A stretch of 20,000 bases of DNA. Source: Rhizaria sp. SCN 62-66 (Eukaryota). Below, in pieces: positions 1 to 9,000 of the stretch. The notes under the pieces were generated by a model. It saw nothing but the letters and a program-made list of their open reading frames with translations, ran no database searches and was not told the origin of the DNA. The stretch covers positions 108,595 to 128,594 of the forward strand of contig MEDY01000030.1 of the NCBI GenBank assembly GCA_001724265.1, written 5' to 3'. Position 1 is the stretch's first letter. Each line of letters starts with the position of its first letter. The position numbers and the translations under genes were made by a program.

Positions 1-3000
1 CCCGGGTCCGCTTCGGGGGACGGAGAGCCGACTCTGGTAGCGGGCCGCGACCTCGTGGCGACTGAGCTGTGGCAGCCCAAGCTGCGGCTAAATCCTGCGC
101 AGGAGCAGACCCAGTACCAGGTGTCGTGGCACCTGCGTGAGTGGCGCTTCGCGGGTGAATCGCTGCATCTGATCCCTCAGCTGGCGTATCCGCGGTGCCC
201 CGACTGTCTCGCGTGTGAGCACTGCGGCGAGCCGGACGAGCCCGAAGCGATGGTGACGTGCGATGTGTGCGAGCTCCGCGTGCATATGCAATGTCTTGAC
301 CCGCCGCTCGCGTCGCGCCCGCCCGGTGGGTGGATCTGCGTCGATTGCGTGCGCTGCCGCTCGTGCAACCAGTCCACCTCGAACAGGTACGCAGCGCCCG
401 AAGAGCTCGTTTACCGCGCTCTCGGCCGCGCGCCGCCCAAGCGCCCCGCTGGCGGGTCCCGCGCGGGCAACGCCAACACCGTCAACGCCGAGGTTGCCGC
501 CAACAGCGCCAAGGACCGGCGCGAGGCTGAGGCCGCGGCTGTTGAGTTAGGTTTCGCCAAGGCGAACCGGAACAAGAAGATCGTGCACCACGCCGACGAC
601 GACGCGCCTCATGGCTCCAAAATGCGTTCGTCCCCGCGCGCGTCAAAGCATTTGGCGGCGCACGTTGACGGCGCAATGGCGTCCGCGTCGCGGTCGCTGT
701 TCCAGGCCGCGCATCAGCGCACGTCGCGCGCGCGCAAGCCCGCGACCGTGGAGTCCGGCGTGCCGGTGCTGGAGCTTCTGGCGCGCGAGGCCGCACTGGA
801 GCTGTCGCACCCGATGCTCGCCGCGCGCGCTGGACTGCCGCGGCCGCTGGTGTCTGCGCTGGCGATTGCGGACGCGCTGGGGCTAACGATTGAGAGCATG
901 ATCCCCGATAAAGTGCGTCTGCCGGTCATGCCTGAGGCACCGCGCGCGGTGGTGCACTTGTTGGTCGAGGAGGAGGCCACGGCGCAGGCTCTGGCGGCGG
1001 CCAAGGTAAGTGCGAATGCTGCACAGGCGGCTGCGGCTGCAGAGCACTCTGAGAGACTCGCATCTGCGGCATCTGCGGCCTCGGCGTCTGCGGCTTCTGC
1101 GGCTGTCACGGACGCCACCGCAGCAGCGCCGGAGATTGCGACAGAGACCGACTCAACTGCGACTGCTGCTGCCGCTGCTGTTGCTGGTCCCGTGCCTGCG
1201 ACGGAGAGCGACGTCACAACTGCGATGACCGACACCGACCCGTCGACAATCCCCGACAGTGCGAGCTCTGCGAGCACCACTGCGTCGACTGTGCCAGCTT
1301 CTACGAGCGCCACCGCGAGCGCGACGAACGCAGCGGGCGCGGCTAGCACAACGGGCGCGGCTACGACCTCCATGGCGGAGGACGAAGAGCTGGCGATGAG
1401 ATTGGCGGCTGAGGAGGCGGAAGGGCTGGGTCCTGCCGCGGCGGCGCGCCGGCGTGCGGCGGCTGTGCGTCTGGACCAACTGCGCAGCGCTGCGGAGGCT
1501 GCGGATGAGGAAGCGAGCCGCAAGCTTGTGGCGCCCTCCGTGTGGCTCAAGATCATGTACGCCACGTGCCCGTTCCTGCAGACGCCGATGCTGAGTCTGT
1601 CCGCACTTATCACGCGCAACTTCGTCCCGCCCGTGACGCCCGTATCCGTGCTCGACGCCACCGAGTACGCCGAGGCGCTGCGTGAGCATAGGTTGCAGCA
1701 CAGGCGCGACCGCCCGCCGCTGCCGTACCGCCCCACCACCTCGCGCAAGAGCCAAGTGCGGCGCAACGGGCTCTTCGCCTCGTATGCCGAGCTTTCGGAC
1801 GAGGAAGAGGCTGAGCGCGTGGCGAGCCGTCTTCAGGCTCGTGCCGCCGCGACTGCGCCGCCACCCCCGCTGGTGTGGCACGCGCCGCCTCGCCCGCAGG
1901 AGGCCGCACAGACTGCATTCCGCGCCATTTCCAAGGTTCTGACGGCGCTTTTCTCGCCGCAGTCGCCCGAGGGCCCCGACGCGCCGGTGCGGCCGGTGCT
2001 CGTGGCGCGGGACTACCTCACGCTCGTGCGCGCGCAACTGCAGCGGCACGCGGTGAGTTCGCACTGGCGCGTGCTCGGCGCGCGGCCGGACGACGTACCG
2101 GTGTGGAAGTTTGACTACACGATGTGCTACGAGTGTGGCGTGCGGTGCGATCAGAACTGGAGCTGCCCGCTGTGCGACAAGGTGTGGTTTGAGGATGAGC
2201 CCGAACCGATGATTGAGTGCGACACGTGCCAGCGCTGGGTTCACGTCAAGTGCGACGGTATGACCGGGGATGTGTTCGAGGAGGCTGCCAGCGACACTGT
2301 GCGCTACCAGTGCCCCGAGTGCGTCAATCACAAGAAGACAGACCTGCTGCTCGAAGTGCTGGACCGGCTCGCCGCACTGGACCGCATGGGGTATTTCCTC
2401 TCGCCGATCACCGACGACGATGCACAGGGGTACTCCTCGGTCATTAAGGTACCTATGGACTTCTCTGCGATCCGCGCGAAGCTCGTTGAGCTGCAGTACA
2501 GCTCCGTTGACGCGTTCAAGCACGACCTTAACCTCGTCTGGCGTAACGCGCGCGACTACAACGGCCTTAACTCCGTCGTGTGCAAGTTCGCCGCGCGCTT
2601 GCAACAGGCCGCGGTGGAACCCATCAACGCCGTCGAGCTTCGCTTCCGCAAGCGTAACGAAACGCTCGCGCCCGCCGCTGGGCCCGGAGCCGGCGGTCGG
2701 CTGCAGATTTCATCCTCCGCAGGTGGTGCTGCGGCGCCCACGACCGTCGCTACGACTGGCGCTGACTCTAGCGCTTCTGCTGCTACGGTCACACTCGTTA
2801 CCGATGCCACGGGCGCTGCTGGTGAGGCGACGGAGGCCGCTGCTGAGGCCAACGACGCCGCGGTCTCCGGCTCAGACGCTGCTAACGCTGCTGCCTCCGC
2901 TTCTGCCGCGAGCGGCGCTAGTGACGCGCTTAATGGCGCCTCAGCGACTGGCCGCGACGGCGCTAACAACAATGCCAAGCATGCTACAGGATTGCAGTCT

Positions 3001-6000
3001 GGCCTTTCGTCAATGGTCCCGAGCATCCGCAGCCGTTTCCTGCCCGCCGTGGGCTCCATCATCGCGCACGCTGCGGCTGCGGATGTGCGCGCGCCGTCCG
3101 GCAACGTGCACACGAGCGCGCTCGCAGTATGGGGCGTCGAACAACCGCCTGTGTCCGCCGCGGCGGCCGCGGCTCATCGCGCCGCGTCGTCGCTCGAAAA
3201 CGAAGAGAGCATGCGCGCGGGCTCGGCGGCCGCGATGGCGTTGGCGGCGGTGACGGCGGCGGCGTTCCACTCGAGTGCGATGCCGCTATACTCGCTGTCA
3301 ACCGAAGCGCCGGGGCTCGTAGAGGCACTGGCGCTCTCGCGGGGCGCGCCCACGACGGCCGCGGCGCTGGCGTTGACGTTTGCTGCGCAGTCTGGCGCGC
3401 ACTGCGGCGTCGACGCGTGCGCGCTGTGCCAGTCCACGGGCGACACCGAACACATGCTCGCGTGCGCCGTCTGCGCTATGGCGGTGCACGTCTTCTGTGT
3501 GTTGCCCGGCGTGACAATGAACAGCATTTCACCCGAGGCCGCCGCGGCGTTCCGCTGCCCTGCGTGCGCCACGTGCACGGGCTGCAACGCGCCCGGCTCG
3601 ATCGGTAGCGTGCACACCGAACAGGCCGAGAACGTGGGCCAGCAGCTGTTCTATTGCCAGGGCTGTCTCGGAGCGTGGCATCCTATGCGCTGCGCAGGTC
3701 GGCGTCAATTACATGAAGCCAACGGGTTCCGTTGTCCCGACTGCATGCGCTGCCGTTCGTGTCAGTTCCCAATGGCTGGTCGCTTCAGCTACTCGCAGCA
3801 GCGCGATATTTGCGCCACATGTGAGCGCCTCGATGTCATCGGCCTTGTCTGCCCCATCTGCGACAAGGGCTGGGTGGGGCGCCCGGACGCCAGCACGCAC
3901 CGCATGCTCAACTGCGACCGCTGCTCGCGCTGGGTGCACGCCGACTGCGAGGGCGTCAGCGCCGATACGCACACAAAGTGGGCCGCGGACCCGTGGCGCC
4001 GGTACACGTGCCCGCACTGCCGTGCCGGCGACGAGGCCTGTGCGGGCACCAGTCTCGCGATCGCGTACAATGATGGCGCGACGCGTGGTGTGGGGTCGTG
4101 GGGCCAGCGCCGCGCCACGTTGCTGCACACGGCGGTCCAGGGCACGCGGCCGACGCAGAACACCTCGTGGTGGTGGCGCCAGCCCCCTGTGGCGGCCACT
4201 GTGGGCGCCGATTGCGGCAGTCGCTGTATCAGAAACGCAGCAGTGACTGCGATCGCGGAGCTGCCGCCGCTGCCACACACGACGCACTTGTCCGCAGCAC
4301 CCACGTTCTCATTGTGGGCGACTGCGCACGCGGTGGGCCCCGCCGTTGCGCCAGTACCGTTGTGGGTGCTCTCGGCCGCGCTCGGCGACGCTGCGGACTC
4401 TGCGCGCACGCCGATGGGGCTCACGAAGGCTGCGCTCGACGCTGTATTTACGCTCCAGCGTGGCGGAGCTGACGGTGCGAACGATAACAACAGCGGTAAC
4501 AAAAACTCACTCTTGTCTCGGCTTTCCGCGCAGCACGGGCTCGCGCCGCATATCCCGGCCTCAGGCGCTTCTGCGGACGCGTTTGTGGCGGACGCGCTCG
4601 CGGCTGGCCTGCTTGCTCTCAACGGCTCGCCGGCCGCACAGTCGCCTGCGAGTGCCGCGATGCTGCTGCGCGGTCTGAGCGCCACCATTGCTTCCGCTGC
4701 GCCCGCGTCTGCGGTCTCTGCTGCTTTTGCCTCTGACGCGCTGACAACACATCGCGCAACTCTCTCGGTTGCAGAAGCCGTGGCGGCGCCCGCGGCGGTG
4801 GCGCAGTGCGGCGCGCGCGTGTCGCTGTCGCTTGCGCCTGAGGCGGCGGCCTTCATCAGCGCTGTTGCGGCCTACGCGTCCTCTGCCCCCGCCGCCGCCG
4901 CTTTGGTTGCGGCCGCGCGCAAGCCAGCGCTGCTGCTGGCGGCGCCGGCGTGGCGCGCGCGTCGTTTCCACGAGCCACCGACTGACTTCGCGAACTCTTT
5001 GCCTGAGCATATAGCTTTGATGGCGCTTAACGAGCCACCGCCGGTGGTTCTGACGGCGCCGAAGCGGCAGTCAGGCTCGGAGGCCGCTGAACCCGACACA
5101 GAGGCGGCACTGGAGCTGGACACTGACGCTGCGCGTTTGGCCGCGGCTACGGCTGCGGCGGAGGAGACCGGCCCCGACGGACGGCCCAAGCGGGCTCAGC
5201 GTAGCCGCGGACGCAAGAGTGAGGCTCAGAGGTTGCTCGAGCGCTCTGAGGCCGAGCTTATCTTCAAGCGTGGCTCGGAGAGCGATGCTGTGCCCGCAGC
5301 ATCGTCGACGCAGCTGTCAGCTAGTGCCCGAGCGGCGGCCGCTCTGTCCGCGCTGTCGGAGCAAGGCCTCACAGCCGCCGCCGCCGCTGCCGCGGGCTCC
5401 GGCACCGCGGGCGCGGGCACGGTTGCACTCCACGCTGCCGCCACCGCGGCCGCGCTGGTGCAGGCCGTCGAGCGCGCACAGGCGCAGCGTCGCCGTGTGC
5501 GTCGCCGGACTCTGCTCGACGTCCAGCGCTGCTCGCGCGCCGCGGCCACGGTCGGCGACTTCGGATTTGGCCACCCGCCGCCTGGCCCGAGCGTGATGCT
5601 GACCGGCGGGAGCGATTGTGACGACGACGCCGCGCTCTGGTCTCTGGTCCACTCTTCGTACGCGGCCGCCGGGTCTGAGGCAGGTGCAATGGGCGACTGC
5701 GCGGAGCCTGAGGTGCAACTGGGTGCTCTGGGCGTCACTGCACTGCGCCCGCTCCTGGTGTACGGCGAGCACGGCTTCTCGGTCGTCGACGGTCAGGAGT
5801 ATGCCACGGCGCAACCAGGCGCTTCAGGATCGCAGTTGCCGTCTGCGGGGATTCCCCGCGGCCGTGTACGCTCTTCGCTCAGTGGCGAAGCGCGCGTCAC
5901 CGCACCGCGCATTTTCAAGCGCCAGCTCGCCAAGACTGAGGACCTCGATGGATTCCTGGTTCTTGCGCCACGCACGCCAGGTATGCTGCCCTGGGTTCCT

Positions 6001-9000
6001 CTCACATCGCACTGCGACTTGACTGGCGGTGTTGCTGACACTGGTGCTTTGCGCAGGTTTGATATTTCGGGCCCCACACCCTCCCTCGCCCCGGTGCGCT
6101 TTTTCGCGCCTGCTGCTCCGGCCGCGGGCCGCGGCGTCGGTAAGCTCGCTGGCATCAAGGTGCGCGCGGCTTCGTTCGGCGCTCGCGCCCCCGTAGCCGT
6201 GAGCGCTAAACGGGCTGCTGAGTGCGCGGCGGTGCCTGAAATGCTCTCGGCCACTCTGCGCACTGCCCTCGCGCGTCTGCCGCCCGCCGACCGCGCCGCT
6301 GCCCGCGCCGGCCTCAACGGCTGTACCGGTGCCTACAAGCACTCGCATTGCAACTCCACTGCCAAGACGACTGAGCGCGAGCGCGAGCCTGAGCCCACGT
6401 CTGCGTCCATTGTCGCGAGCGCAACAGCTGAGTCGGAGCCCACGTGGCAGGCAGAGTCCAGCGACGCGATGGCTTGGTTCTTGCGCGTCGCCACGAGCGT
6501 GCCCGCGCTGTCCGCCGCCGCGGCACCGGCTCTTGGCCGCGAGGCGCTGCTGCCGCATGTCCCGCTGCCGCCCGCGCCGCACGCGCTCAAGGCCGACACA
6601 CGCACGTGCCTCTTCTGCCGCGGCCGCGAAAACGCGCACCCGCCCGGCGTCCACAGCACTGCGAGCCCCGGTCGCCTGCTCTCAGTCGGCTCGGTCCCGT
6701 CGGCGCTGTACGCGTCCGCACTTGAGACGGCCGAGTTCCCGGCCGCTCCGGGGCCCGCGGACGCGTTGCAGTCGACGGCCGCTATGGCGACTCGCTCACC
6801 GCTGCTGGCGCTGCCTGCGGGCGCGCGGGCGGCGATGGCGACGCTGCTGCAGTGCCCCACGAGCGCTTACACCACGCTGCCTGGCTGGGCGCACGCACAG
6901 TGCTTGGTCTGGGCCACGGGCGTGCAGGAGCGCTTCATCGAGGCCACGACCGCGCACGGCAAGATCACCGCCGCCACCCCGGGCGCTGTTGACACCGCGG
7001 TTCTTTCTGACGCCTCAGGCAACGTCAACGCCGCGGACGCCGCGGGTGTGGCTGGTGCCGCTACCCTTGCTACCGCTGCTGCTGCTGCTGCTGCCGGGGG
7101 CGCCGGTGATGCCGCTGCTCCGGCGGGCGAGGAAGGTGCAGCGGTGCCGCTGGAGGACGTGTTGATGTTCGAGACGCTACCGTGGGGCGCGCCGCCGCCA
7201 CCGATGCCTGAAGCCGCACAGTACTCGCCCTTGATGCACCGTGCACTGGCGCGCGTGCACAACCTCATGGTGGGCCGTCGCCGCCCGCAGGGCTCGCTGC
7301 GCACGCCGAACCAGCTCGTGCGCGGGCTCTGGGTGCTCGTGGGCGTGCCGCCGCTGCTGTTGGCGGCCGCGGGCCGTCTCTGCGACTGCTGCGCGCGCCC
7401 CGGCGCGTCGCTGCTGTGCGCGGGCACGACCTCCGCGGCTCCGATCGCGCAGTTTGCCGCGTGTGGCTGCGCGGCGCACTTCGGCTGCGCCGTGGCCGCT
7501 GGGTGGGAGTTCCTGGGTGTCCGCCGCGTGCATTGCCCCGCGCACCGGCCGCATCCCGTGGGCTCGCTGTCGGCGCTCGCGCAGTCGCAGCTGACCCCCG
7601 CCGTCGCGCGCCGCGTCGTGGTGCAGGAGGCGTGGGCCGTGCTGGGCGACGAAGCCGGCGCGGGCGCGGATATCGCGACACCACTCACTGCGCGCCTTGT
7701 TGCCACGCGGTCTCCCGCCGTGGCGCCGAGTGCGGCGAACGACGGCGAGGGCGAGGACGGCGACGCTGACGATGCGCCGGTGCCGCGCGCGACCGCGCGG
7801 CGCGGGCGCGGTCCAGGCGTGACGCGCATTTCGTTACGCGAGCGTGACCGCGACGGACGACGCGCTATCGTCCGCATGGCTGCCGCGCTGGTGAACGCGC
7901 TGGGACCGGACTCGATTCTGCCGCCGCTGGCCGCGGTTCTTGGCGCCGCGTGCGTGGATCGGCCCGTGTCCGAGGACTCTGTGCGTGCTGCGCTTGCGAC
8001 GCCCGGTGCGGGCTCCGCGCGGCGTCTGTTTGCGCTGATCGGTGCGTCGTGGACGGCCTGCCCCCCCGTGCCCATCATGCGCGGCGCGCCTCCGTTGTGG
8101 ACACCACAAACCACTGCTGAGCTCCGCCGTCGCGCTGCTGAGATGTTGATGAACGTGACCTCGGTCGATGACGCGCGCGCCGCCAACGCTGCCGCCGTCA
8201 CCGCCGCGGCTGCCTCCGTTGCCGTCTCCGCGCTCAGTCCGAGCAGCCCGAATAACGCCAGCAACATGCCTGGCGGGACTGGCGCGACTGCGCTTGCTCC
8301 TGTGTCGACGCTGCTGCACCTCGGCGGCGCCACTGTGCACAGGCTCGGCGAGCTGCTGCCGCTGCTGCCCGCGTTCCACTCGCCTGCGCGGCTCGTGCCG
8401 TTCGGGTTTGCGGCGACGCGCCGGATGTGGTCGTTCCGCACCCCACGGCGCCGCGTCGTCTATGCCTTCACCGTGGGCGCCGAGGTCGACGCGCCGGCTA
8501 TGGCCGCCGCCGAGGCCGCGCTGCTCGCGCTGCGCTCCACGAGCTCCTGGCGCGAGATGCTTGAGGCGTGGCGCGAGGACGAGGCGCGCGCGCTGGCTGA
8601 GGTGCACTTAACGTCGTGGCGTCGCGCCGGCGCGCGTGACGATCCCATGTTAGGGCTGATCGGTTACCAGGGAACGCAGTACCGCTCCACGACGGCGTCG
8701 CTGGCCGGCCGCGTGCGCGATCGGCTGGCGGTGATCGGCGCTGTGCCGCTCGTCGCTGTGTCGACCGATCCCGCAGTGCTCGCGCGTGTGGCCGATGCCG
8801 CGGGGGCGTACCTCGCTGCCGTTGCCGGTCAGGTCCAGACGCACTGCGAGGTCGAGGAGGCCGCTGCGGTCGAGGCTGCCAAGCTCGCTGCGGAAGCGGC
8901 GAAGGCTGCTGCGGAGGCCGCTGAGAAGGCGGCCGCCGAGAAGGCAGCGCGCCTGGCTGCCGCGGCCGAAAGGGCAGCTGCTGCGGCCGCGAGCTCCTCC

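Noticed and set aside
55-57. GTG start assigned to the 3672-aa ORF
   Set aside because: The frame is open to base 1 and begins within PHD-like sequence, so the true start lies upstream of the window.
1003-1026. Perfect AAG|GTAAGT donor at 1006 inside the KMT2 ORF
   Set aside because: The frame stays open and the downstream sequence is GC-rich and coding-like, with no AT-rich intron body or branch point. It cannot be called without RNA data.
6867-8441. Long antisense and alternate-frame ORFs (e.g. 6867-8441, 1153-2604, 3789-4856, 14672-15454)
   Set aside because: Expected shadows of GC-rich, Ala-rich coding sequence with few off-frame stops. They have no recognisable domains.
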